Source of the DNA: Kiritimatiellia bacterium | GTDB lineage: Bacteria > Verrucomicrobiota > Kiritimatiellia > RFP12 > UBA1067 | Length of the DNA: 64,000 nt | Assembly (NCBI GenBank): GCA_045617985.1 | Contig: JAZLJP010000118.1 | Span: 25,087-89,086 of the forward strand | Direction: 5' to 3' | Shown here: positions 46,127 through 58,222 of the stretch, piece by piece | How the letters are laid out: each line of letters begins with the position of its first letter | Position numbering within the stretch: the stretch's first letter is position 1 | Notes under the pieces: generated by a model | Seen by the model: only the letters and a program-made list of their open reading frames with translations | Database searches by the model: none | What the model was told of the DNA's origin: nothing | Made by a program: the position numbers and the translations under genes

Positions 46127-47029
46127 TCACATGCGGAAATCCTCGCCGAGGTAGAGCCGGCGGGCCTCCTCGTCGTTGACGAGATAGTCGCTCGTTCCTT
46201 CACAGAGCAGCCGCCCGTCATAGACGAGATAGGCACGGTCGACCACATTGAGCGTCTCACGCACGTTATGGTCCGTAATGATGATCCCGAGGCCCTGCCT
46301 CTTCAGGCCGCGCACGATTTCCTGAATGTCATGCACCGCCAGAGGATCGACGCCCGCAAACGGCTCGTCGAGCATCAAGATCGAAGGCCGCCTTACGAGC
46401 GCACGCGCGATTTCAAGCTTGCGCCGTTCGCCGCCCGAAAGCGTGTAGGCGGGCTGCCTGGCCACCTTCACGAGATCGAGCGAAGAGAGCAGCTCCTCAC
46501 ACCGGTTCTTCCGCTCGCTTCGGCTCATCTTGAGCGTTTCCAAGATCGCCATCACGTTGTCCCACACGCTGAGCTTGCGGAAGATGCTCGCCTCCTGGGC
46601 AAGATACCCCAGCCCGCTACGCGCACGCATGAACACCGGAAGATGCGTGAGATCCTTCCCGCGGAACGTCACCGCCCCCTCGTTGGGCTTCACGAGGCCC
46701 ACGATCATATAGAAGGTCGTCGTCTTCCCCGCGCCGTTCGGCCCCAAGAGCCCCACGATCTCGCCGCACCGCACATTCATCGACATGCCGTTCACCACCG
46801 TGCGCTCCCCGTAGACCTTCACAAGGTCTTTCGCAATGAGATCGGGCGGCGTTTCCGCCGAATCAGGCGAAACCGAAGGCGCTACGGGCGCAGGCGAAGA
46901 CGGAACTTCGGCCGGAAACGCGGGCGCCTCGGGCACGGGCGTGGTGACAACAGCCTCCTCTGCGGCCGCTAGGGGACGGTCGTTTTCACGGGCCATTTCG
47001 GCCATGGCTTTCATCACGGGGTCATCCAT
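46127..47029 (-). CDS. lptB: LPS export ABC transporter ATP-binding protein LptB with ~55-aa Pro/Ala-rich N-terminal extension
   Basis: Walker A GLLGPNGAGKTT, signature LSGGERRKLEIARAL, Walker B ILMLDEPFAGVDP. Typical LptB C-terminal tail. Confidence 0.85.
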   Translation of the reverse strand: MDDPVMKAMAEMARENDRPLAAAEEAVVTTPVPEAPAFPAEVPSSPAPVAPSVSPDSAETPPDLIAKDLVKVYGERTVVNGMSMNVRCGEIVGLLGPNGAGKTTTFYMIVGLVKPNEGAVTFRGKDLTHLPVFMRARSGLGYLAQEASIFRKLSVWDNVMAILETLKMSRSERKNRCEELLSSLDLVKVARQPAYTLSGGERRKLEIARALVRRPSILMLDEPFAGVDPLAVHDIQEIVRGLKRQGLGIIITDHNVRETLNVVDRAYLVYDGRLLCEGTSDYLVNDEEARRLYLGEDFRM

Positions 47030-47039
47030 CTCACCGACC

Positions 47040-48050
47040 TCACTTGTCCGTTTTGTCCTTATCGGCCTTTTTGTCCTTGCCGAGCCCCTTCGGATTGAAC
47101 AGGTCCTTGGGATTGGCGCCCCCCTTCATCGCGGGAATCTTCACGCCCACCCCTTCAACCGTCGCAAGGCCCGAATCGATCCAATAGATGATGCGCGTAC
47201 CGCTGATCTCGCTCGCATCGCCCTTCCGCCCGCCGGCATCGCGCAACCAGGCCACATCGCCTTCGCGCTCGCCGCCATACATCACAATCCGCTGCTGCTC
47301 ACGCGAATAGACAGCCTTCGCGCAGGCTGCCGTCTTCGCCTCGTTCGTAATCGACACATTCCCGAGCGCCACGATGCGCTTGAGCTCGTTCGTGCCGTCA
47401 AGGAACACGAAAAGCTGGTCGGCATGCATCTGATACTGCTCGTCGTCAACGAATACGTTACGATCAAACAGGATGATCCCCTCCTTGCGGTCATAATCCG
47501 TCCGCTCCGCCGTAATCACCGCCGGCCGGCCCGTCAGTTTCTTCTTGCCGGCTTTTGCGGCCTCATCGCCCTTGGCCTTCGGCGCGGCCTCGTCAACGAC
47601 ATCCTGCTGCGGCACCGCCACCTCGATCTTCGTCTTCTTGGGAGCCGCCTGCGGGCGCTCGTCAGGATCCGGATTCTCAAGCCGCTCGATCTTCTTCTGC
47701 GCCGCAACCTTGGCCTTCTCGGCCGCCTTAGCGTGCCCGAGCGCAGCATCGGCCGCCTTACGGTCCATCGCCGCCTTCGCTTCGGCCTCTTCGCGCGCCT
47801 TTTTCTGGGCCGCGACTTCCGCCCGCAGACGCTGCAGTTCCTCGGCCTCCGCCTTCGCCTTTGCCGCCGCCTTTTCGGCCACCAAGCGCTGCGCGGCCTG
47901 CTGGGCCGCCAGATTCCCGGCCATCTTCGGCTGCGGCTTACGCAACATGATGTCATCGGGAGTCGCCAAATCGGCAAGACTCTGGGCCGTTGCAACGAAC
48001 GCCAGCATCAACACCGGCAACACCATGAAAAACAATCGATTCTTCTTCAT
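47040..48050 (-). CDS. lptA: LptA/OstA-family periplasmic LPS transport protein with long Ala/Lys/Glu-rich coiled-coil insert
   Basis: Signal peptide. Central ~150-aa low-complexity AKAEAEELQRLRAE... C-terminal beta-jellyroll (ITAERTDYDRKEGIILFDRNVFVDDEQYQMHADQLFVFLD...). Confidence 0.65.
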   Translation of the reverse strand: MKKNRLFFMVLPVLMLAFVATAQSLADLATPDDIMLRKPQPKMAGNLAAQQAAQRLVAEKAAAKAKAEAEELQRLRAEVAAQKKAREEAEAKAAMDRKAADAALGHAKAAEKAKVAAQKKIERLENPDPDERPQAAPKKTKIEVAVPQQDVVDEAAPKAKGDEAAKAGKKKLTGRPAVITAERTDYDRKEGIILFDRNVFVDDEQYQMHADQLFVFLDGTNELKRIVALGNVSITNEAKTAACAKAVYSREQQRIVMYGGEREGDVAWLRDAGGRKGDASEISGTRIIYWIDSGLATVEGVGVKIPAMKGGANPKDLFNPKGLGKDKKADKDKTDK

Positions 48051-48580
48051 TTCACAAGCCCCCCTATATCGAGCCGCTGGTGGCCCGCACGAATTTCAGA
48101 TTGCGAAAAAATCTTGATGAATTCCCGCGCGAGCGAGAAATAGATGCCACGCCCCTTCACGGAGGCGTCGCCATACACCATCTGCGCCGCGCCCGCCACC
48201 CAGCCGCTCTTCGTTTTGCGGTCGACAATGCAGTTCTCGGCCGTCAAGGACGCATACACCGTTCCGTCTTCGCGATACTGCTCCACCCGGATGTTCTCGC
48301 CCCAGATGAACCCCGTATCGGCAAAGACATGCGCCCGCGCCGCCGTCACGCGCGACTTCACCGTGCCGTTCGAAAACGACTCGATCGGCACCGACACATT
48401 CTCGGCCGGCGCCTCGAGCTTCTCGTTGATGCGCTTGGCGCAGGCGCTATAGGCATCGCGCAGGCGCAGAACGTCAGAATCGTCCCCGCGCTCCGCGAGC
48501 CACTTGGCGCTCGAAAACGCCTGCACGCCCAGCACCGCCATGACGGCGAATATGGAAAGGAATTTCTTCAATCGGCTCAC
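48047..48580 (-). CDS. lptC: LptC-like membrane-anchored protein
   Basis: The in-frame GTG at 48580 gives VSRLKKFLSIFAVMAVLGVQAFS (anchor) followed by a beta-jellyroll-like domain. The ORF-track extension 48581-49138 is an off-frame overlap with kdsA. Confidence 0.5.
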   Translation of the reverse strand: MSRLKKFLSIFAVMAVLGVQAFSSAKWLAERGDDSDVLRLRDAYSACAKRINEKLEAPAENVSVPIESFSNGTVKSRVTAARAHVFADTGFIWGENIRVEQYREDGTVYASLTAENCIVDRKTKSGWVAGAAQMVYGDASVKGRGIYFSLAREFIKIFSQSEIRAGHQRLDIGGLVK

Positions 48581-49440
48581 CTGGATTTCACATGACGCTT
48601 TCCGCACGAACACGCCGCGCCGGCCACCACCTCGTGGATCGCCAACAGCTTCTCCCAAAGCGCCTTCACGTCGCGGAAGGCGATGGCGTTCGCCGCATCG
48701 GAAAGCGCCTTCTTCGGATTGACGTGCGTTTCCATGAAAACGCCGTCCACCCCCGTCGCCACGGCCGCCCGCGCCAAGGCAGGCGCATACTTGCCGTCGC
48801 CGCCCGAGCCCGTGCCAAGCCCGCCCGGGCGCTGCACGGAGTGCGTCGCGTCGAAAACGACCGGATAGCCGAGCTCCCGCATGATGAGGAGCGAACGCAT
48901 GTCGGCAACGAGATTCCGATAGCCGAAACTCGCCCCCCGCTCGCAGAGGACGATACGGCGGTTGCCCGTCGATTCGATCTTCTTCACCACGTTCACCATG
49001 TCTTCCGGCGCCATGAACTGGCCCTTCTTGACATTGACGACCGCCCCCGTCTCGCCCGCCGCCACCACAAGATCCGTCTGGCGCACGAGGAACGCGGGAA
49101 TCTGGATGACGTCGCACACCGCCGCCGCCCGCGCACACTGCTCGGGCGCATGCACATCCGTGAGCACCGGCACTTCGAACGTTTCGCGGATTTCCGCAAG
49201 GATGTCGAGCCCTTCATCGATGCCTGGCCCGCGGAAGGAATCGACGCTCGTACGATTCGCCTTGTCGAAGCTCGCCTTGAAGACATAGTTCACCGAGAGG
49301 TCGTTGGCGACCTCCACAAGACGGGCAGCGAGATCGAGCGCCATCCGACGGCTCTCGATCACGCACGGCCCGGCAATGAACGTAAGGGCTCCATCGCCAA
49401 AGGCGACCCCGCGGTCCACATCGATTTTACGAATCTTCAT
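48577..49440 (-). CDS. kdsA: 3-deoxy-8-phosphooctulonate synthase
   Basis: Start MKIRKIDVDRGVAFGD at 49440. GPCVIES, KASFDKANR, DVHAPEQ, CERGASFGY. Confidence 0.9.
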   Translation of the reverse strand: MKIRKIDVDRGVAFGDGALTFIAGPCVIESRRMALDLAARLVEVANDLSVNYVFKASFDKANRTSVDSFRGPGIDEGLDILAEIRETFEVPVLTDVHAPEQCARAAAVCDVIQIPAFLVRQTDLVVAAGETGAVVNVKKGQFMAPEDMVNVVKKIESTGNRRIVLCERGASFGYRNLVADMRSLLIMRELGYPVVFDATHSVQRPGGLGTGSGGDGKYAPALARAAVATGVDGVFMETHVNPKKALSDAANAIAFRDVKALWEKLLAIHEVVAGAACSCGKRHVKSR

Positions 49441-49467
49441 CTTGAACGACTGTTCTCCTTGACCCAT

Positions 49468-49476
49468 ATTATACCA
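49468..49476 (-). promoter_or_regulatory. extended -10 promoter TGGTATAAT for kdsA
   Basis: Reverse complement of 49468-49476. ~27-nt leader with an AAGGAGA RBS. Confidence 0.45.
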
Positions 49477-49505
49477 AAAGAATGCCGTTCGATAAAGATG
49501 AATCG

Positions 49506-50195
49506 TCACTTGACCTGGGAAAGGAAGGCCGTTGCATCGGCCACCGTCTGATCTGTCAAAACGCCCAGGCACCAGTTCTGCATGAAGTTAAAGGTGTTTT
49601 CCTCGTACCCGGCAAGGCCGATGAAGAACAGCGGCGACCAGACGACATCTTCGAACTTCTGCCTGTAGTCCCGCGTAAAGAGCATGCGCCCCGTTTTGGC
49701 ATCGTGGATGCGCAACTTCGCGGTCCAGGTCTGCGTAGCGTATTCGGCCGAAAGGACGGAAAGGAACATCCAGGCGAACTCCACCGCCCGCTCGTCGCTC
49801 TTGACGAAAGGCCCGTCGAACGTCACCTCCACCGTATAATCCACCGACGGCACGCGCAAGAGGAACCCCGCATCTTCAAAGAGCATCCGCGCCCGGCTGA
49901 GATACGCCTCGCTCGCCTGCACCTGCGGCACGAGCGTCTCGGAGGTCGAGGTGGCGTAATGCCCGCCGCCCCAGCCGCGCCGCCCGCGCCCGTAATAGCC
50001 ATGGTCCACATAGGAGGTCTGATAGCCGTAAACCGGGATGTAGGTGGTCACCGTCGCGGCATAGCCCGACACCGCCACCTTCAGATCGCGCCCCTCCGGG
50101 GCATGCGAGAGCTGAACACTCGGCACCTCCGTGCGCTTCAACGTGAAGCAGCCGGCCAAGAGCGCCAACGGAACGAGCAGGATCATCTTTTTCAT
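49506..50195 (-). CDS. hypothetical lipoprotein
   Basis: Start MKKMILLVPLALLAGC (lipobox LAGC) at 50195. No recognised domain. Confidence 0.6.
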   Translation of the reverse strand: MKKMILLVPLALLAGCFTLKRTEVPSVQLSHAPEGRDLKVAVSGYAATVTTYIPVYGYQTSYVDHGYYGRGRRGWGGGHYATSTSETLVPQVQASEAYLSRARMLFEDAGFLLRVPSVDYTVEVTFDGPFVKSDERAVEFAWMFLSVLSAEYATQTWTAKLRIHDAKTGRMLFTRDYRQKFEDVVWSPLFFIGLAGYEENTFNFMQNWCLGVLTDQTVADATAFLSQVK

Positions 50196-52048
50196 TTGTC
50201 GAACCTCATTTCTCTCATTTTTTTCTTTAGACCAAGCCCGAGAAGCGCCCGACCTGAATCGATGTACACGTCGGCAAGGGCCTGCACGTAGGCTCGGTCT
50301 TTCCAATTCGTCAATCTGACAGCTTCTTCGGCCAATTCAATCGCGCGCGTTTCATTCCGCGCCTTGTTCGCCTTCAGGCAGAGGAGCTTCGCCGCACGCA
50401 TCTTGTAGGCGGGATCGGCGGGATGACGCTTCATCAGCACATCGAGCTGACGGCAGGCGATGTCTTCCTTATGGCTCGCCGCACAGCACTCGACAAGTTC
50501 GACGCGATGCTCATCGGTGAGCGGATCCATCGTCACCGCCTTCGCAAAGATGCTCGCCGCAACATCGTGGTGGCCGCTTTTTTTCAGGCACAAGCCGAAG
50601 TTATGGACGGCCGCCACGTCGTTCGGCCAGATGAGCAGACGGTTCTCATAGCACTGGATGGCCCCGTTGACGTTGCCGATGCGCAGGAACCGCCGCCCTT
50701 CGAGATCGAGCGAATCGGCAAGCGACCTGAGGAGCGGATCGCGCGGATTCACCTTCGCCGCCGCCGACCACCGTTCGATCGCATTGCTGGAAACCCCGCG
50801 ATCGGCCTCGTCGAACCCCAAAAGCGCTTCGCGGCGCGCCGCCTGCGCCTTGTTCATGCCGTTCGTCAAGGAAAGGAACACGTCTTTGTCGAGGAGACCC
50901 TGCTTCATCCACGCAAGCGACGGCACGTAGTAGGTCATCACCCCGCCCGGCCTCACGGCCGCCAAATGGTTCGTGGGAGGCGGCGAAAACGCGAGCCGCG
51001 GCGCCGTCCACACCGCCTGGCCATGGCTCTCGGCCGGCACCTCGAAGAAAACGGGGTCGACTTCGAAATCCGTTCCCACGTAGCAGGCGAAAATTTCGGC
51101 GGGCGACACCGCATCGGCCGCTACGAACGCCTCGTACGCCTTCGGCTTTTCAAAAAGGTCGGCCGCTTCATCCGCCAAGACATTCCGCCCTGACGTCAGG
51201 AGGAAGTCCGATCGGCCCGTACACCACAGGTGGTAATGGATGAACGTTGCCCGGAAATCGGCGAGAATCCGCTTGAACCTCGCCTGCGAGAGCAGGCGGG
51301 CGTTGATGTGCAGGGCCGCCACGCCGCCACGCGTCAACCGCCGCTGGAGCTTCTTCCACGTTCCGGCCGTCGGCGTATCAGCCCCCACCTGCCAATCCGG
51401 CCCCGGCACGACGAGAAGCACGTCAACCGGCGTATCCTCTTTGGCCCCGACAAGCTTCAACCCCGCTTCGGCGAGCGGTTTTTCATAGAATCGCGCCTCA
51501 TCGCCAAGCACGCACGCCGATTGCGCCGTCGGCATCTCGAAATAGGGAATGAGCGAAATGAGCAATCGCGAAGACCGGAACCGGAAGCCCGTCTCGATGG
51601 GCCGCCCGTCGTACGTGATTACGCCCCCCGGATAGTCCTCATCCTCATAACGGGCGATCGTATGGCCACGCTCATGCGTTACGGAAACGGGCTTTCCCTT
51701 CGCGAATCCCGAATCGCGCGTGGCCACATGGAGAAGCGCCTGGCGCCCCGTTCCGCCACGCGGCGGCAGAAACGCGGTGGCAAAGGTGAGCGCCACATAC
51801 GTGCCATACGCGCGATGGGCGTTCTCCTGAAGGTAGAGCCACGCGTGGTCAAGCCGTGCGCCGAAGACGCTCCACAGAATCCCCCATGCCATCAGAAGCG
51901 GCACGGGATAGGCCGCCCAAAGGAACTTCTTCCGGCATGCGAGGTAGACGCTTCCCCCCAGAACCAGCAATACGACCGCGAGCGAAACGAAGAAAGCCGT
52001 CCAAGCGATCGCCGTGGGGCCGGCATAGTCGAATATCCCCCAATTCAT
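50192..52048 (-). CDS. polytopic membrane protein with spermidine-synthase-like domain and C-terminal TPR repeats
   Basis: 618 aa. N-terminal TM helices. Central methyltransferase-fold SpeE-like region. C-terminal TPR-like helices. Confidence 0.55.
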   Translation of the reverse strand: MNWGIFDYAGPTAIAWTAFFVSLAVVLLVLGGSVYLACRKKFLWAAYPVPLLMAWGILWSVFGARLDHAWLYLQENAHRAYGTYVALTFATAFLPPRGGTGRQALLHVATRDSGFAKGKPVSVTHERGHTIARYEDEDYPGGVITYDGRPIETGFRFRSSRLLISLIPYFEMPTAQSACVLGDEARFYEKPLAEAGLKLVGAKEDTPVDVLLVVPGPDWQVGADTPTAGTWKKLQRRLTRGGVAALHINARLLSQARFKRILADFRATFIHYHLWCTGRSDFLLTSGRNVLADEAADLFEKPKAYEAFVAADAVSPAEIFACYVGTDFEVDPVFFEVPAESHGQAVWTAPRLAFSPPPTNHLAAVRPGGVMTYYVPSLAWMKQGLLDKDVFLSLTNGMNKAQAARREALLGFDEADRGVSSNAIERWSAAAKVNPRDPLLRSLADSLDLEGRRFLRIGNVNGAIQCYENRLLIWPNDVAAVHNFGLCLKKSGHHDVAASIFAKAVTMDPLTDEHRVELVECCAASHKEDIACRQLDVLMKRHPADPAYKMRAAKLLCLKANKARNETRAIELAEEAVRLTNWKDRAYVQALADVYIDSGRALLGLGLKKKMREMRFDK

Positions 52049-53385
52049 GTTCGCACCTCACCCTTTCCCTTCCAGGCGGCCAACAATTCATCCGCACAAC
52101 GCCCCACCACGCCGCACCGCCGCGTCACGGCCTCCGTTGCACGCGCGCCCTGCGCCGAACAGGCGGCCGGATCATCGAAGAATCGGTCGATCGCGCGCTT
52201 GAGCGCTTCCGCGTCGTCGACCTGCAGGAGCGCCCGAGCCGCCAGGAGATCGCTCATCACAGGACGGAAATTCTCCGTGTACGGCCCCACCACGGTGGGT
52301 TTTCCGCAGAGGCACGGCTCGATCATGTTCTGGCTCCCGTGCGCACAGAGGCTTTTCCCCACGAACACCACCGTCGCAAGGCCAAAAAGCCCCATCATTT
52401 CCCCCGTCGTATCGCAGAGAAACACGGCACGCCGCCCAGTCGGCATCGCCGATGCCGTCTCGCCCCGCGAACGACGCACGCAGGCAAACCCCGCCCGCAC
52501 GATGTTCGCCTCCACGGCATCCCCCTTCTCGAAATGCCGCGGCGCCAAAACGAGCCGCACCGCAGGATGCGTTTTCACGAGATCGGCATAGATGCCGAGG
52601 AGCACTTCGTCTTCCCCCGGCCACGTGCTGCCACCGAGAAGAATCGGCCCCTCTCCTAGCCAAGCCGCCAATTCCCGTTCCTTCGCGGGATTTCGACGGG
52701 CCACGTCAAACTTGAACGATCCCGTCACCACAACCGTCGCGTCATCCGCCCCCGCCTCCAGAAGCCGTTGCCGATCAAGATCGCTTTGCGCGTAGATTTT
52801 CGTGAAACAGCGAAAGACCTCTCCGAAAAACCAGCGAAGCGCCTTGTAACGCGGCGCGCTACGGTCGGAGATGCGCGCATTGACGAGAAAAAGCGGCACA
52901 CCTTTCCGGCGAAGGGCGCGGATGAAATTCGGCCAAATCTCCGTTTCGGTGAGAATCACCGCTTGCGGCCTGATCGCCGCAAGCGCCCGCTTCACGCAAC
53001 CGCTGAAATCAAGCGGGTTGTAGATGAGCACGTCCTCATCGCTCCCCAGCCCGCTCGCCTGAAGGCGCGCGAGTTCCGTCTCGGCCGTTTTCCACCCCGT
53101 TGAGGACGTCGTGGAAAAGACGAACCGTACCGCGCGATCGCGTTCGCGCAAGGCGCGCATGAGCTGCGCGGCCACCTGCACCTCACCAACGGAGACCGCG
53201 TGAATCCAGACCGGGTGCGCCGCCGCCGCACGGTCAAGCGCCGCCTGCACCTCCTCGGGATAACGCCCGAACCGGTCTCCCATCCGCGCCTTGTAGCCGC
53301 CCCGCCGCTTCATGCGCCAGAGGAAGGACGGCAACATCACGAGGTAGGCCACCGCAAAGAGCGCATTGTAGATCAACCACTTCAT
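52045..53385 (-). CDS. waaA: 3-deoxy-D-manno-octulosonic acid (Kdo) transferase
   Basis: 446 aa. N-terminal anchor. WIHAVSVGEV GT-B motif of KdtA/WaaA. Confidence 0.85.
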   Translation of the reverse strand: MKWLIYNALFAVAYLVMLPSFLWRMKRRGGYKARMGDRFGRYPEEVQAALDRAAAAHPVWIHAVSVGEVQVAAQLMRALRERDRAVRFVFSTTSSTGWKTAETELARLQASGLGSDEDVLIYNPLDFSGCVKRALAAIRPQAVILTETEIWPNFIRALRRKGVPLFLVNARISDRSAPRYKALRWFFGEVFRCFTKIYAQSDLDRQRLLEAGADDATVVVTGSFKFDVARRNPAKERELAAWLGEGPILLGGSTWPGEDEVLLGIYADLVKTHPAVRLVLAPRHFEKGDAVEANIVRAGFACVRRSRGETASAMPTGRRAVFLCDTTGEMMGLFGLATVVFVGKSLCAHGSQNMIEPCLCGKPTVVGPYTENFRPVMSDLLAARALLQVDDAEALKRAIDRFFDDPAACSAQGARATEAVTRRCGVVGRCADELLAAWKGKGEVRT

Positions 53386-53419
53386 CTCGTTGGAACTTCC
53401 TTTTACGCGTCGGCACGCC

Positions 53420-55929
<2,510 letters not shown>

Positions 55930-55934
55930 AAACA

Positions 55935-55962
55935 CACGCGCGCGCGCAAGCGCGCACGCGTG
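55935..55962 (-). terminator. GC-rich stem-loop downstream of the GH gene (candidate terminator/insulator upstream of the gyrB promoter)
   Basis: CACGCGCGCGCGC-AAG-CGCGCACGCGTG forms a 12-bp stem with one mismatch. Followed on the reverse strand by a short GTTTT run. Confidence 0.35.
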
Positions 55963-56001
55963 AGGGAAACGGGAATGGGAGGGAAACGGAACGGGCCTTC
56001 G

Positions 56002-58212
56002 CTAACGAGAAGCACGCGCGGACGCGCCGGAGCGCGTCTTTCCCGCGCGGACGGAATAGAGGGCGTAGCCGATCTTGCGAATGCCGGCAATCGTCTCCCA
56101 GTAGGGCGTGTCGCAGACGTCCGTCCAGCCCACCTGCATGTTCTCGCCGTCAAAGCGGCCGGAGGTCGCCTGGTCGCTGAACTGGTGCCAATGTACGCCC
56201 ACGAAGAGGGGATGCTCGAGCGCGGAGCGAACGTAGTCCTCATACACCTTGCCGCGTTCTTCCTGGTCCTTCAGGAGAATGAGCCCCGGGCAGAACGGGC
56301 CGCGGTCGAGCGCGCCGAAATGGAACTCGCCCACCAAGACGGGTTTATCGATCCCCTCCGGCAGTTTGAACGCGCGCAAATGCTTGCGGTAGAGGTTGTA
56401 GCTCAATACGTCGCAGTATTTCGCCGCGGCCTTCACCGTGAACGCCGGCGCGCCGCCCGCCCAACGGCAGCCTAGATAGAGCTTGCCGGGGGCCACCCGC
56501 TTCAACTCCTCGCGGATGATCCGATAGTAGGCCTCGGCGATCTCCATCGTGAACGCCTCGAGATCGGCCTTCGCGGCGGACTCGGAAGCAGGGGAAAGAC
56601 CCTTCGCCACGGCCAGGAACCCCTCCCAGGATTGGTAACGCGTCTTCCAGGCCGCGTTGAGCCTTGCGATGTCACCGTACTTGGCCTGCAGGCGCTTGCG
56701 GAACTCGACCTTGCAGGGCTGGTCGGCCGGCGACTTCAGCGTGGAGAGCGCAAAGGTCGTGGGGCCGCCCCAGGAATGCTCGTTATCCACGAAGAAGCCG
56801 AAGCACCAGGGATCCTCGAACTGCTCGCGGTATTCCACGGCCTTGCGCCGCGCCTCGGCCCGGAAGGACGGGTCGAAGGGATCGCAGAAATCCCACCAAC
56901 CGCCCTGGTGCCCGGCGATCGGACGCGAATGGATCTCGTAGCGGTCGGTGTAGGGCGTGCGGCCCATGAGGCAGATCTGCTTGTCGGACGAATTCGCAAT
57001 CGTGTTGCAGCCCCAGCTGCGCAGGCGGCGATGGGCGAGCGCGCTCCACGTTTCATACCAGCCCGGGCCATATTTGCGGGCGATGTTCTGCGCGGAAAAA
57101 TCGTAGATTTTAGACATTTTCCAGCGCGCATAGTAGGGAAAGAGCAACTGGTCGCGCGTCGAATAGAACGCGGCCTCAGGCTCGTCCTTCGCCGGCAGGC
57201 GCCTAAACCAATTCTCGTGCCCGTCGAGCGCGGTCGTCGCACACGACGGCGTTACGCGCACGGGCCCATGGCTCCACCAGAGGTGGCCATCGGGATCGAC
57301 GATCCACCACTTGCCGTTCCACTTCGTCGTACGGAAGCCGCCCGTCGCCTCCAGCTGCGGCCCGGCCGCCCAACCGCCCCACTTGTCCCAGCCGGCAGGC
57401 CCGGGATGCGCGGCGAGGTCCTTCGCCTCCTTCGCGCGCTGAACGGCGAAGTCGGCATCGGAATGGACCTTGTCCGGCCACGCGCGGTGGATGAACTGCC
57501 CATACGCGTCAATGCACGGAAAGAACTTCTCGGGCGGCAGCTTCGCGAACGCGGGCACCTGCGCAGCACGCGGCGCCCCCTTCGCGACAACGCGCCGTAC
57601 GCTCCACGTGTGAGGCAATTTCGGCGTGTTGATGTAGACGGCGAGCTCGACGACCTTCGCCGGATCAAGCGTTGCGACCTTCACGCCGCCCGTCTGCCAA
57701 ACGGAAACATCCGCGCGGTCCGTATCCCAGATCATGTACGGCAGCGCCCAGGTGCGAACGCGCGTGAGCTGCGAGACGACCGCGCGCCACTCCACGAGAG
57801 CCGGCGGAATCGGCTGAGACGAAATCTTGTGCGTCTCGTTCTTCACGGGCATCTTCGCGATGTAGCAGCCCTTCCCCGCCGGCACGCCGCCCTTGTTGAG
57901 CAGGCGCACCGTGTACTGCCCCCAGATGCCGCCGTTCACGAACTCAACCTCGATCTCGCCGCAGGCGGAAAGATCCCAATTGCCGGAGACGGTGAAGCCG
58001 GGGTAACGGTTGGAAGGCGCCGTGGTGACGGTGATGAGCCCGTTGGCCAGCTTGAACGTGGCGCCGTCCTGAGCGCGCACCGTGCGCGGATCGGCCGAAG
58101 CGGCATCGAACAACACCACCTCGCCCCCACGGGCGGCGAGCGCGCCGAGCGCGACACTGAAAACGAGAGTTCCGATAGCGCGTTTCGCCCACCCGACCAT
58201 AGCATCCTCCAT
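56002..58212 (-). CDS. secreted TIM-barrel glycoside hydrolase (GH42/GH50-like; candidate acid/base FFVDNEHSW and nucleophile LVGEFHFG)
   Basis: 736 aa with a signal peptide (VGWAKRAIGTLVFSVALGALAA). I am not confident of the family assignment. Confidence 0.5.
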   Translation of the reverse strand: MEDAMVGWAKRAIGTLVFSVALGALAARGGEVVLFDAASADPRTVRAQDGATFKLANGLITVTTAPSNRYPGFTVSGNWDLSACGEIEVEFVNGGIWGQYTVRLLNKGGVPAGKGCYIAKMPVKNETHKISSQPIPPALVEWRAVVSQLTRVRTWALPYMIWDTDRADVSVWQTGGVKVATLDPAKVVELAVYINTPKLPHTWSVRRVVAKGAPRAAQVPAFAKLPPEKFFPCIDAYGQFIHRAWPDKVHSDADFAVQRAKEAKDLAAHPGPAGWDKWGGWAAGPQLEATGGFRTTKWNGKWWIVDPDGHLWWSHGPVRVTPSCATTALDGHENWFRRLPAKDEPEAAFYSTRDQLLFPYYARWKMSKIYDFSAQNIARKYGPGWYETWSALAHRRLRSWGCNTIANSSDKQICLMGRTPYTDRYEIHSRPIAGHQGGWWDFCDPFDPSFRAEARRKAVEYREQFEDPWCFGFFVDNEHSWGGPTTFALSTLKSPADQPCKVEFRKRLQAKYGDIARLNAAWKTRYQSWEGFLAVAKGLSPASESAAKADLEAFTMEIAEAYYRIIREELKRVAPGKLYLGCRWAGGAPAFTVKAAAKYCDVLSYNLYRKHLRAFKLPEGIDKPVLVGEFHFGALDRGPFCPGLILLKDQEERGKVYEDYVRSALEHPLFVGVHWHQFSDQATSGRFDGENMQVGWTDVCDTPYWETIAGIRKIGYALYSVRAGKTRSGASARASR

Positions 58213-58222
58213 CGATTGACCG

